Source: Patescibacteria group bacterium UBA924 (GTDB taxonomy: Bacteria > Patescibacteriota > Microgenomatia > UBA1400 > PJMF01). From it: a stretch of DNA of 64,000 nt. The position numbers and the translations under genes were made by a program. Below the pieces are notes generated by a model. It did not search any database. It was not told where the DNA came from and was given only the letters and a program-made list of their open reading frames with translations. The number at the start of each line of letters is the position of its first letter. The first letter of the stretch is position 1. The stretch is from positions 2,700 through 66,699 of the forward strand of contig DBDU01000023.1 of the NCBI GenBank assembly GCA_002293725.1. Direction: 5' to 3'. This document shows positions 1 to 9,129 of this stretch, one piece after another.

Positions 1-201
1 TGTAGCGGTGGCCACTAAAGCTGCTTGCAAGAAAAGGGTGGGAAGATGTTTGAGGGCGGGGGTGTTCATATCGCCCATTATGCATCCGACTGCAAATGTA
101 AGCAAGTTTTTCGCTTTTGCTGTGCTCTTCTCACTTTTGGTCGAGAATGGTAAAATCACACCTCTGTACGCAAGTACACGAAAAAGATTTTCTTTTTCGC
201 T

Positions 202-275
202 GGGCCTGTAGCTCACTTGGCTAGAGCGCTTCTATGGCATAGAAGAGGTAAGGGGTTCGATTCCCCTCAGGTCCA
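202..275 (+). tRNA. tRNA-Ala, anticodon GGC
   Basis: Cloverleaf parsed by hand: acceptor GGGCCTG/CAGGTCC with a G3:U70 wobble (the Ala identity element), D-arm GCTC..GAGC, anticodon stem CTTCT/AGAAG with loop ATGGCAT (anticodon GGC), T-arm AGGGG-TTCGATT-CCCCT, discriminator A. CCA is not encoded. Confidence 0.85.
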
Positions 276-286
276 CTCTCCCCTGT

Positions 287-826
287 TTAGTTATACCAAT
301 CACTCGGATCAACTTCTCTGGTGGCTTGTCCTTCAACTACCACTACCTCAATTGGCTCGTGCGATGGGCAGCTCGCAAGCAGTCCACAAGTCACAAACTC
401 TGAGTAGTAGGCTCGGGTGTTGGGATTATCTAACGTCACTGCGTACACGTGGTACGTGCCGGCTGGCACTTCAATTTTGTAGCTACTTCCCTGCCGTTGT
501 TCGACACATGTCTCTAACTGAGTCGTCGTGTTCACCGCACAAATTTTTTGTGGTGGCAGCACTTCTGACGGAAAAGAGAGCGATCCTTGAATAAAGCCGA
601 CTTCGTTTGTTTCGGCTGGGGTCGGCGAAGCTGCAGTTTCTGCGAACGGTGTGGCTGGTACAAGTGTTTCTTCTACAGGAGTAATTACTATCTCAGGGAG
701 GCTGTTAGTTTGTAAACGTGTCCAGTACATGTATCCAAGACCACTTAGAGCGAGGAGGACAAAGAGAAGAATGACAATGAGTGGAGTGACACTACCCATC
801 CGCTGAGTTGATGACGGTTTTAGCAT
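287..826 (-). CDS. Hypothetical membrane-anchored or secreted protein (N-terminal TM segment, Pro/Thr-rich linker, Cys-containing C-terminal domain).
   Basis: 179-aa ORF with a hydrophobic N-terminus (LIVILLFVLLALSGLGYMYW). No recognisable family. Confidence 0.4.
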   Translation of the reverse strand: MLKPSSTQRMGSVTPLIVILLFVLLALSGLGYMYWTRLQTNSLPEIVITPVEETLVPATPFAETAASPTPAETNEVGFIQGSLSFPSEVLPPQKICAVNTTTQLETCVEQRQGSSYKIEVPAGTYHVYAVTLDNPNTRAYYSEFVTCGLLASCPSHEPIEVVVVEGQATREVDPSDWYN

Positions 827-1104
827 ACGGCTCTCCCCTTCTTTTAGCTGTGTACTGGTCTCGATGATAGCATGTTCTCAGAACGGCACATTGATTTACC
901 GCGATTTTTTGCGGCCTCTCTACAGACTTTTATAGGTCTAAATGGTACAATCTGGGTCTCCTTTTTGGTGACTCGAAGCCTGGTCGTCACGACCTCGCTG
1001 CTGAGCCGCAACTTAACATTGTGCATTTTAATTCGCATTCGCACACATCACATCTGCATATCTATCCGAAGTCCAACCGATTTTCTAAGAAAGAGGCAAG
1101 ATTC

Positions 1105-2640
1105 ATGAAGACGAACACTGGTGCCCTTCGGGCACAACAGGCTCTGTTACAGGAGCTTGTCAACTCGATGTCAGGCGAGACGACGCTGGAGCAAGCACTC
1201 GCTGACATCAACTCCCGCTTCCCTGCCAAGCTGTCCCTGATTTTGAAAGTTGAGGACGGCGTTGCCAAGCTGACGGTGACCAACACTGGCGGCAAGATGA
1301 AACGGACTGCCATTGTGCTGTTGCAAGACGCAGACAGTGAGCAGAAAATTGCCATCCCGGCATTGAACGCGGGCGAGTCCCGCGAGTATATCGCTGGCAC
1401 GCTGTTCGGCGAAGTCACGCTGCGGCGCAAGATTGGCGGTAAAGTTCAGGCAAAGGTCGTCTCCGATGACCGCTACAGCCTGACCGTTGTCCCCGTCTGG
1501 AGCGACGACGGCTCAGTTCTCCGACTCAACATGGTCAACGTCGGTGGCTCGATGCGCGAAGCAGGTATGGTCGTCGTGTTTAATGGCGAAACGTCCGTTC
1601 ACGACGGCACGCTCAAACTGGCGAAGGATGAAACCAGTAACATCTCGCTGGCCGCGGAGCTTTTCCCGGCTGGGGTGACGCAACTTCGGTTCGTCACCGC
1701 AAAGCAAGAAATGGTACTGGACATCCCCGCCCGTCCCATCTCACCGATACTGTGGGTGGTTTCCTCGCCGCGTTGGGTAGATGACCGCGTACAACTTGAC
1801 ATCACTAACAACGGCGACACGATGGTCAAAGCCGTTTCGTTGTATGTGGACACCACGCCCTACACCTCGGCGGCGGTGGCATTCGAGTCGGGTCAGACCT
1901 ATACACTGTCCCTCAACAACCCAGTGGTTGGCCAAACCAACCGCATTTGGATAGATGGACATCGGGTGCTGGACTTCGTTGTTCCCTCGCCCGAGCAAGC
2001 GCGGGAGACTGTCGAAACCACCGCGACCACCCTCGATGAGGCGCTCAAAGACCCCAACTTCCAGACGACGGCTCGCTGGGATGGGCGCGATAAGCTCGTC
2101 ATTACCCTGACCAATACCGGCGGGGCGATGGTTGCCCCGGAAGTCTGCCACATCTATCAAGGTGGCGCTACTACACTGGTCAATCAGACCGTCAACCTTG
2201 GTGCTGGCGAGTCAGTGGAGTTCGAAGTCGCTGGTGACTCCATTCAAGCAATGGTGACGGTGCTGAAGCTGTACGTGTCGCACCTCTACCCGGCGGATGA
2301 CATGACGATTCCGCTGCGCCCCGAACAAGTGTCGGCAGTCCCCGCCGCCGCGACCAAGCCGAAGTTCGAGTTCGGTGAACCGCAGTTGAACAACGGGGAA
2401 CTAACCATCGTCGTCACCAACGTCGGTGGCGCGATGACCAATCAAACCTACTTCATGGTGGAGGGACAGGTTACCAGAAATGAAGGTGACTACCTGACCC
2501 TCGGCGCTGGAGAGTCCGCCACGTTAAAGGGTGGGAAGCCTATCACTGAAGAAGCGATGAAAGTCTGGATTGGCGGCGAAGTTGCTCACGCTTTCCTCGT
2601 TCCCGAACCGGCAGGGGTGGTCGTCACTGAAGCCGAGTAA
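1105..2640 (+). CDS. Intracellular repeat protein with about five ~100-aa repeats, each carrying an L(T/V)(V/I)TN(T/V)GG-x-M motif (CARDB/DUF11-like beta-sandwich repeats?). Function unknown.
   Basis: ATG at 1105 with AAGAGG 8 nt upstream. Motifs TVTNTGGKM, NMVNVGGSM, ITNNGDTMV, ITLTNTGGAMV and IVVTNVGGAMT recur in the ORF. No signal peptide. About 55-58% GC and GC3-rich codons, against about 45% background. Confidence 0.6.
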   Translation: MKTNTGALRAQQALLQELVNSMSGETTLEQALADINSRFPAKLSLILKVEDGVAKLTVTNTGGKMKRTAIVLLQDADSEQKIAIPALNAGESREYIAGTLFGEVTLRRKIGGKVQAKVVSDDRYSLTVVPVWSDDGSVLRLNMVNVGGSMREAGMVVVFNGETSVHDGTLKLAKDETSNISLAAELFPAGVTQLRFVTAKQEMVLDIPARPISPILWVVSSPRWVDDRVQLDITNNGDTMVKAVSLYVDTTPYTSAAVAFESGQTYTLSLNNPVVGQTNRIWIDGHRVLDFVVPSPEQARETVETTATTLDEALKDPNFQTTARWDGRDKLVITLTNTGGAMVAPEVCHIYQGGATTLVNQTVNLGAGESVEFEVAGDSIQAMVTVLKLYVSHLYPADDMTIPLRPEQVSAVPAAATKPKFEFGEPQLNNGELTIVVTNVGGAMTNQTYFMVEGQVTRNEGDYLTLGAGESATLKGGKPITEEAMKVWIGGEVAHAFLVPEPAGVVVTEAE

Positions 2641-2730
2641 GTACGGATTTGCACAAGTTAAACACAAAAGGGAGAAAAGGCCCCGTTGAAGTATCAACGG
2701 GGTCATTTTCGTTTTAGGGGTAATTTCAGA

Positions 2731-2768
2731 TGAAACAGAAAACCCTCGACATCATCAGACGTCGAGGG
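2731..2768. terminator. Rho-independent terminator hairpin, bidirectional. The stronger U-run is on the minus strand.
   Basis: Perfect 8-bp stem CCCTCGAC/GTCGAGGG (2743-2750 / 2761-2768) with a 10-nt loop. The minus strand reads hairpin then TTTTCTGTTT. The plus strand reads hairpin then CCTTGTTTGG. Confidence 0.6.
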
Positions 2769-2789
2769 CCTTGTTTGGATGGGTGACGA

Positions 2790-3059
2790 CTAAGCGAGGA
2801 TGCGAGTGATGACACTCGCGACCACACCCGAGCCGCCAGCGATAAGCAATGACATACCATCTGGGCGAGGAACGGTCATGAAGATGCCGGCACCAACCAG
2901 CATCGTGACCAGAAATCCTGCCATAATGGCGATGTTGTTTCGACGCTGGGCGGGTCGTTCGCCCAAATACTGCTGTTGTCCACGTCCCACGCAACACACT
3001 CCTTTAACTAGGTCACCATAAAAGTAATTTTCTATGGCGCGTTTGGACTGGCAGTTCAA
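2790..3059 (-). CDS. Possible small hydrophobic protein (C-terminal 44 aa MAGFLVTMLVGAGIF...; internal start near 2924 possible).
   Basis: The ORF ends 22 nt upstream of the minus-strand terminator. Hydrophobic C-terminal half. No homolog recognised. Confidence 0.3.
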   Translation of the reverse strand: MNCQSKRAIENYFYGDLVKGVCCVGRGQQQYLGERPAQRRNNIAIMAGFLVTMLVGAGIFMTVPRPDGMSLLIAGGSGVVASVITRILA

Positions 3060-3102
3060 GATTATATCAAAAAAGAGGTTGAAAACAAATAGTTATAGGA
3101 CT

Positions 3103-3318
3103 TTACTTCAGTGAAGTCTTTTGCTGCTTGAGAAGATGCTTGGCTTCTTCGGTAGCATCCATACACAGCTGAAGGAGTTCAGATATCCGCGGGTCTGCCC
3201 TCCCCTGCACTTCTGGCTGACAATACTGCCACTCTTTTTTAAGTTCGGGAAGGCAGAGACTCAGTACGGCAAGTGGACCAGCAAGATCATGGAGAAACTG
3301 TGCATTAGCTTTTGGCAT
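3103..3318 (-). CDS. Histidine-kinase DHp (HisKA) domain stub: H-box FLHDLAGPL, no HATPase domain. A vestigial or standalone phosphotransfer partner of the upstream response regulator.
   Basis: 71-aa ORF overlapping the stop of the response-regulator gene by 14 nt. It has an H-box-like F-L-H-D-L-x-x-P-L followed by a helix-loop-helix. No N, G1 or G2 boxes appear downstream in any frame. Confidence 0.4.
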   Translation of the reverse strand: MPKANAQFLHDLAGPLAVLSLCLPELKKEWQYCQPEVQGRADPRISELLQLCMDATEEAKHLLKQQKTSLK

Positions 3319-3979
3319 ATCTAGAACTGAAGCGATATCCTACGCCATATACTGTTTCAACTACCTTGGTTTTGCTCAGACAGCGCAATTTTCTGCGGAG
3401 GTTTTTGATCAAAGCTTGTAACGAGTTTTCGGTGTTGTCTTCTTTTTTTAAAGCAAGTAGTAACTGATTCCGTGTTAATGTCCGATCGTGATGCTCCATT
3501 AACGTGGCCAATAGCCGTGTCTCTAAGCTGGTGAGACGAAGTGCTTTATCGCCTTTTTTCAGACGATGGTCTTCTACTTCTAAACACAGCTCACTGCAGC
3601 AGATTACTTGCCGATGAAGGAAGTTTCCTCTTCGTTGTAGGGCTTCTAATCTTGCTCTCAACTCTGCTGCGACAAAAGGTTTTGTCAGGTAGTCATCAGC
3701 GCCTGCGCGTAATGCAGTAACTTTAGAATGTGTATCGCACCTTCCCGACAGTACCAAAACTTTTGCGAGCTCAAGGTCGTCACCGGACTGTCGACAGAAC
3801 TCAAGTCCTGACCCATCGGGAAGATGAAGGTCAACAATGAAGATGTCGAAGGATCGCTGCGCTACTTGATCGAAGGCTTGTTGGCACGAGCACGCGTGCG
3901 TAACTTGGTGATACGGACGAAGGATGTCCTGTACACTGGTTGCCGTAGGCAGGTGATCTTCGACGAGTAAGATCTCCAT
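3305..3979 (-). CDS. OmpR/PhoB-family two-component response regulator (receiver plus winged-helix DNA-binding domain).
   Basis: Receiver motifs LLVEDH, IFIVDLHLPDGSG, VLVLSGR and YLTKPF. C-terminal winged helix (TRLLATLMEHHDRTLTRNQLL ... VYGVGYRF). Confidence 0.85.
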   Translation of the reverse strand: MEILLVEDHLPTATSVQDILRPYHQVTHACSCQQAFDQVAQRSFDIFIVDLHLPDGSGLEFCRQSGDDLELAKVLVLSGRCDTHSKVTALRAGADDYLTKPFVAAELRARLEALQRRGNFLHRQVICCSELCLEVEDHRLKKGDKALRLTSLETRLLATLMEHHDRTLTRNQLLLALKKEDNTENSLQALIKNLRRKLRCLSKTKVVETVYGVGYRFSSRYAKS

Positions 3980-4037
3980 GTCGGGATATTATAAAAACAG
4001 TCCTGTAGAAACAAAGGCGTAATTGATGTGTTTTGAT

Positions 4038-5717
4038 CTAATACATGAACTCGCCTTCTGAAGTTGGTCGAGTGATCCGATACACATTTACTCCCATCGG
4101 ATTGTCATTGCTGCCGATTAACAGTGAACGTTCCACCTTTTGGTAGTCGGCTTGTGTGTAGTTTAAAAGGTAAAAGAGAATGAATGGTTCAAGGCACTCT
4201 TGTTGAGCGATTTCTTCTGAGATGTCATACAGACCGTTTTGATTCTTCCACTGATGGCAGACGAGGTAGATCACATCAGCTGGCGTACTAAAGGTATATG
4301 CAAGGTTGTTGTGATCGCTCTTCAGCTTTGCATAGGATCTCCCTTCCTCTTCTTCTACAAAACTTAAGAAAGCAGGTGTGAACCAGCCTGGTGTTGCCCA
4401 GCTGGTATAGTCGGTCAACACGAAGTTTTGGTAGTGAGGTCTTTCGGTCCGAAGCTGAGCATAGTCCGCCATAATCTGTTCGGTAATTTTTTTGGCAGCA
4501 GTAACTTCATTCGAGTACTTCTCTGCAATTGGGAGTGCCTGTAAACTCCTCCACTCTAGAGCGAAGAATGTGATGGCGGTAACAGCTAAAACACTTAGTA
4601 TTTTTTTCCCACTGCACCCCGCGTGTTGCAGAAAAATAAAGACGACGATCGGAATGAGTAACAACGCCAACGCTTGATATTGCGTAGTGTATGCACTGCC
4701 AGTGAAGTGAATCTGACCAGCTTGGAGGAACACTAGATGATTTAAGAAATAGGTCGAAAGGTAGAAGAAGTAGATTCGAAACGCAGCAGATATCTTGGGT
4801 TGAAAGAACAACCAAAAACCCAGGAGCCAAAAGAGCATCCAAACAACTGGCAGCAGTTCAGAAAAACTGGTGAAGGAATATACTCGCTGGAGGAAGTCGT
4901 AGATGGCAGCAACGTGCAGCTCCCAAGTTGCCCAAGCACCCTGAGCGGGAACATTTTCTAAAGTTGTTTGTTGAGAGAACAGCAGAAAACGAAGCGGTGA
5001 GCTGAAAGTAGTAACCATCCAAAAAACTGAACATCCTAAGAAAGAAATAAGCAGAGCGGCTGCTTTCTCCAAAGGTGGGTGGATGTTTCGACGCCAGACC
5101 AAGAACGTCATCAACAGAACCCCCGGCGCCAAGGTCAGTAAACCATAATGCAGTAACACTCCAAACGTAAAGACGAAGTGTAAGAAGATGAGTCGTCGGA
5201 GTGATGGACATTTCCACACCCACAGCGAGACGGCGACGATGATCAGCGCAAACGAAGGTAAAAAGTTACGTTGGTAAACAGAGAGTTGGTATTGAGCCAG
5301 AGTAGTATTGATGGCTAACAGAGCCAAACACGCCAGACCTAACCACTTTCCGCCAACTTGCCTCCCAATCTCCCACCCCGCTAGGAGGGCCAGAACGCCA
5401 AAAAAAGTAAAGGAGTACATGACTGAAAGGCTACTTTTCCCCACCATCCAGAAGAGCGCCAAGATATTGTAGTAGATAATTGAGTTATTCAGGACGCCTT
5501 GCCCTGCTCCGGCAAAAGGACGAACTGTCCCTACTGTTCCCGACTCATAGATTTTCTTAGCGATCAGCATGTCTCGAGCTGAGTCATCAAACCACTGCGT
5601 CCGAGCATACAAGTTGCTAAAACGACTGTAGAACGCCAACCCCATCACTGCGCAAAAAAGGAGAACATACACCATGGAAGAAGGCTGTCGAAGCCAGGTA
5701 CGAAGGAAAGTGCGCAT
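4038..5717 (-). CDS. GT-C fold membrane glycosyltransferase (PMT/ArnT-like, GT39/GT83-type), about 13 TM helices.
   Basis: 559-aa polytopic membrane protein. The first extracytoplasmic loop carries WFDDSARDM (the DD/DE motif of PMT/ArnT-family GT-C enzymes), with a large C-terminal periplasmic-type domain. Confidence 0.55.
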   Translation of the reverse strand: MRTFLRTWLRQPSSMVYVLLFCAVMGLAFYSRFSNLYARTQWFDDSARDMLIAKKIYESGTVGTVRPFAGAGQGVLNNSIIYYNILALFWMVGKSSLSVMYSFTFFGVLALLAGWEIGRQVGGKWLGLACLALLAINTTLAQYQLSVYQRNFLPSFALIIVAVSLWVWKCPSLRRLIFLHFVFTFGVLLHYGLLTLAPGVLLMTFLVWRRNIHPPLEKAAALLISFLGCSVFWMVTTFSSPLRFLLFSQQTTLENVPAQGAWATWELHVAAIYDFLQRVYSFTSFSELLPVVWMLFWLLGFWLFFQPKISAAFRIYFFYLSTYFLNHLVFLQAGQIHFTGSAYTTQYQALALLLIPIVVFIFLQHAGCSGKKILSVLAVTAITFFALEWRSLQALPIAEKYSNEVTAAKKITEQIMADYAQLRTERPHYQNFVLTDYTSWATPGWFTPAFLSFVEEEEGRSYAKLKSDHNNLAYTFSTPADVIYLVCHQWKNQNGLYDISEEIAQQECLEPFILFYLLNYTQADYQKVERSLLIGSNDNPMGVNVYRITRPTSEGEFMY

Positions 5718-5806
5718 GGATCAAAGTTGTGTCTGTCTGTGTTGAAAAGTAGTCACCAGCAAGAATACCAACTTTTAACCCACTTTGCTTGAGTATCTGT
5801 AAAAAC

Positions 5807-8503
5807 TTACTCTGCTTTGGCTGGAGCTTCTGCTTCACCTTCAACGTCAGTGACTTCATTGGTGACGGCGACCGCAACGACTTTGTCGCCTGCCTTTGGC
5901 CGCATTAAGATCACGCCTTGAGTCGGACGAGTCAGAACTGGAATACACTCATCAGTTAATGGCATCTTGATCATCTGTCCCGATTCAGTCGTTAAGACAA
6001 TTTCTTTATTCAGCTCTGTCACCATCATGGCTGAGACGACGTTCCCGGTTTTCTTGGTGATTTCAGCCACTTTGACACCTTGGCCAGCACGTTTTTGAAC
6101 TGGGTATTGAGATAAGTCGGTTCGTTTTCCGAGACCATTCTCTGTGACAAGCAAGAGCTGTCTAGTTTCTGCATCCTGACTGAGTGCTTCTACGCCCACA
6201 ACGAAGTCATCTTTCTTCAGCTCAATGCCTTTAACGCCCTGGGTGTCCCGATTCGAGCTCTTAACTTCAGTCTCACTGAAGCGAATTGACTTTCCTTGAT
6301 GACTAATCAACATCAGCTCATCTTTGCCATTCGTCACCTTACCCCAAACTAACTCATCGTTATCTTTAAGTAAGATAGCAATGATGCCGTTTTGACGAAT
6401 GTTTTGGTACAGCTTGACGGCAGTTTTCTTGACTAATCCCTGGCGAGTGGCCAAGGTGATGTAACAGTCTTTGTCCCCTACTTCATCAAGGATTAAGATA
6501 CTGCGGACGGTCTCACCATTTCCACGGAGGTTGACCAGGTTAACCAAAGCAGTTCCCTTGGCTTGTCGACCGCTTTCAGGAATCTCAAAAGCTTTTAATC
6601 TGAAGACACGACCTTGATTGGTGAAAAGTAGCAAGCTGTCGTGGGTATTTGCAGTCAAGATACTATGAACGGCATCTTCGTCTTTCGTTTTAATACCGAT
6701 TGCCCCTTTGCCCCCACGATGTTGTGAGCGAAGTGCACTGGGACTATAACGTTTGATGTAACCCGTTTGTGTTAAGGTGATGACGGTTGCTTCATTAGCA
6801 ATTAAGTCTTGCTCGCTGAACTCGCCAATCTTGCCTTTAACTAACTTGGTGCGGCGTTTGTCTCCGTACTGCTCGATCATCTCTTTGGTCTCAGTAGCAA
6901 TGACATCTAAGATATTCTTTGGTGAGATCAACAGAGTGATCAGCTTATCCATGAGCTCTTTAAGCGCTTTGTACTCGTCTTCAATTTTTTGACGCTCCAG
7001 TGCAGCCAAGCGTTTCAGCTGCATCTCTAAGATGGCTGTGGCTTGAATTTCAGACAAGCCAAACTTCTTCATTAACGAGGCTCGAGCGGTGTCTGTGTCA
7101 GCAGACTTGCGAATAGTTGCGATAACGTCATCTAAGTGACCTAAGGCAATTAATAAACCCTCTAAGACATGAGCACGGGCGCGTGCTTCGGACAGCTCAA
7201 ACTGTGCGCGGCGGACAACCACTAGCTGCCGGTGGCTAATATACTCACCCAAGACGTGCTTGATGTTCATCAGCTGAGGAGTTCCCTCACTGTTGAGTGC
7301 CACGACGTTCATTGGGAAGCTACTTTGGAGCTCAGTGTACTTGAACAGTGAGTTAAGTACCACTTTTGGTCTGGCGTCACGCTTCAACTCAATAGTGATC
7401 TGCATACCGGTGCGGTCAGAGTCGTCATTGAGATCTTTAATGCCGTCAATCTTTTTGTTGCGGACGAGGTCCGCAATCTTCATGATTAAGCGGGCTTTAT
7501 TTACTTGATATGGAATCTCGGTTACCAGAATCTTAAAGTTGCCTTTTTTGTCTTCGACAATCTCCGTTTTGGCTCGCACAACGACCTTACCCTTACCAGT
7601 GTGATACGCCTCTTTGATTGCTTGGAAGTCGTACATGATTCCGCCGGTTGGGAAGTCAGGACCTTGGATGTACTCCATGATCTCGTCGATTGATATCTGA
7701 CTGCTAAACGCACCCGCTAAGCTGCGAGCATCCGAGGCTAAGAGCGCATCAATCTTGGCGTTGTGATCTTTAATTGATTGGGGATCAACTTTCTTAGTTT
7801 CTTTCTCGTCTAAGGAAACTGGGGCGGTGACAGCAACTGACTCACCCGTGGTAAGCATGGCTAAAATCGCCTCGGACACTTCAGTCAGGTTATGTGGTGG
7901 GATCTTGGTCGCCATACCGACGGCGATACCCTCTGAACCCATTAACAACAAGTTTGGCAAGCGGGTTGGTAAGACAGTTGGTTCTTGCAGTGAGCCATCA
8001 AAGTTGTTCTCAAACTGTACCGTTTTCTTGTCGATATCACCTAACAGCTCTTTAGAAATCTTTGCCAACCGTGCTTCGGTGTAACGCATGGCAGCAGGGC
8101 TGTCACCATCAACGGAACCAAAGTTACCTTGGCCGTCGACCAACGGATACCGCATGCTAAAGTCTTGGGCTAAACGAACCAAAGCTGAGTAGACAGAAGA
8201 GTCACCATGAGGGTGATACCGTCCCAGCACGTCTCCAACGATACGAGCACATTTCTTGTAGGCACTGGTGTGGTGAATACCACTCTTGTACATCGAGTAC
8301 AAGATGCGGCGGTGGACTGGCTTTAAGCCGTCACGGACGTCAGGCAAAGCCCGTGAGACGATCACACTCATCGCATAATCGAGGTATGACTTCTCCATCT
8401 CCGAGATAATGGAGATGTGCTTGATTTTGCCGAACTTATCTTCCGTAATCGAGTTAATACTCGGTCCTTCGTACTCAACAGCTACCTGTGTCTCACCCGA
8501 CAT
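5807..8503 (-). CDS. gyrA: DNA gyrase subunit A.
   Basis: [34 protein letters not shown], an active-site Tyr region, C-terminal beta-pinwheel repeats and an acidic tail. The ORF-track start at 8614 adds about 37 N-terminal residues. The start at MSGETQ (8503) is more likely. Confidence 0.95.
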   Translation of the reverse strand: MSGETQVAVEYEGPSINSITEDKFGKIKHISIISEMEKSYLDYAMSVIVSRALPDVRDGLKPVHRRILYSMYKSGIHHTSAYKKCARIVGDVLGRYHPHGDSSVYSALVRLAQDFSMRYPLVDGQGNFGSVDGDSPAAMRYTEARLAKISKELLGDIDKKTVQFENNFDGSLQEPTVLPTRLPNLLLMGSEGIAVGMATKIPPHNLTEVSEAILAMLTTGESVAVTAPVSLDEKETKKVDPQSIKDHNAKIDALLASDARSLAGAFSSQISIDEIMEYIQGPDFPTGGIMYDFQAIKEAYHTGKGKVVVRAKTEIVEDKKGNFKILVTEIPYQVNKARLIMKIADLVRNKKIDGIKDLNDDSDRTGMQITIELKRDARPKVVLNSLFKYTELQSSFPMNVVALNSEGTPQLMNIKHVLGEYISHRQLVVVRRAQFELSEARARAHVLEGLLIALGHLDDVIATIRKSADTDTARASLMKKFGLSEIQATAILEMQLKRLAALERQKIEDEYKALKELMDKLITLLISPKNILDVIATETKEMIEQYGDKRRTKLVKGKIGEFSEQDLIANEATVITLTQTGYIKRYSPSALRSQHRGGKGAIGIKTKDEDAVHSILTANTHDSLLLFTNQGRVFRLKAFEIPESGRQAKGTALVNLVNLRGNGETVRSILILDEVGDKDCYITLATRQGLVKKTAVKLYQNIRQNGIIAILLKDNDELVWGKVTNGKDELMLISHQGKSIRFSETEVKSSNRDTQGVKGIELKKDDFVVGVEALSQDAETRQLLLVTENGLGKRTDLSQYPVQKRAGQGVKVAEITKKTGNVVSAMMVTELNKEIVLTTESGQMIKMPLTDECIPVLTRPTQGVILMRPKAGDKVVAVAVTNEVTDVEGEAEAPAKAE

Positions 8504-8623
8504 TCTGGGCTCACCGACTTGTTCAGCTTGCTCAGTTTCAGCTAGCTCTACAGCATCATCAAGAATGTCTTTATCGATATCTTGATCGTGGGATGTGTCG
8601 TTCCCGTCCACCATACGTTTCCT

Positions 8624-9118
8624 TTAGGCTGCCTTACTCATGGCCTCTTGTAATTCTTTAAGTGCTTCTGCTTTACCAACAAACTTGTTGATCTTGACCC
8701 ACTTATCTTTTTCCAGATCTTTGTAGTGCTCGAAGAAGTGCTTAATGCGATCTAATCGATATTGAGGAACATCGCTCAGATCTTCCCAGCCACCACAAAC
8801 GTAGTCTTGTTTTGCTTTGGCTGGTACACAAATTAACTTGTGATCAATTCCTTCTTCGTCTTCCATTTCCAACATACCGATGACTCGAGCTTTCATCCAT
8901 GAGCCAGGCATGACTGGTTGTACAGTTAAAAGTAACGCATCGAGTAAGTCGCCATCTTTACCTTTGGCACCCTCAATTAAACCGTAGTTTTCTGGGTAAG
9001 CCATTGGCGTTGGCACGAAGCGGTCAACGTAAATACGACCGTTCTCTTCATCTTGTTCGTACTTGATGGAAGATCCAGCTGGGATCTCGATCATCACTTC
9101 AATGACAGTGTCAGACAT
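8624..9118 (-). CDS. ppa: Family I inorganic pyrophosphatase.
   Basis: 164 aa. DGDLLDALL matches the DGDPLDVLV motif, with YPENYG and KxxxxK motifs. It sits between gyrB and gyrA. Confidence 0.9.
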   Translation of the reverse strand: MSDTVIEVMIEIPAGSSIKYEQDEENGRIYVDRFVPTPMAYPENYGLIEGAKGKDGDLLDALLLTVQPVMPGSWMKARVIGMLEMEDEEGIDHKLICVPAKAKQDYVCGGWEDLSDVPQYRLDRIKHFFEHYKDLEKDKWVKINKFVGKAEALKELQEAMSKAA

Positions 9119-9129
9119 ACTTTCCCTTT

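Noticed and set aside
8-594. Plus-strand ORFs 8-211 and 217-594 at the left edge.
   Set aside because: The second ORF overlaps and reads through the tRNA-Ala gene and is antisense to the 287-826 ORF. Neither has a family match, so both are most likely spurious.
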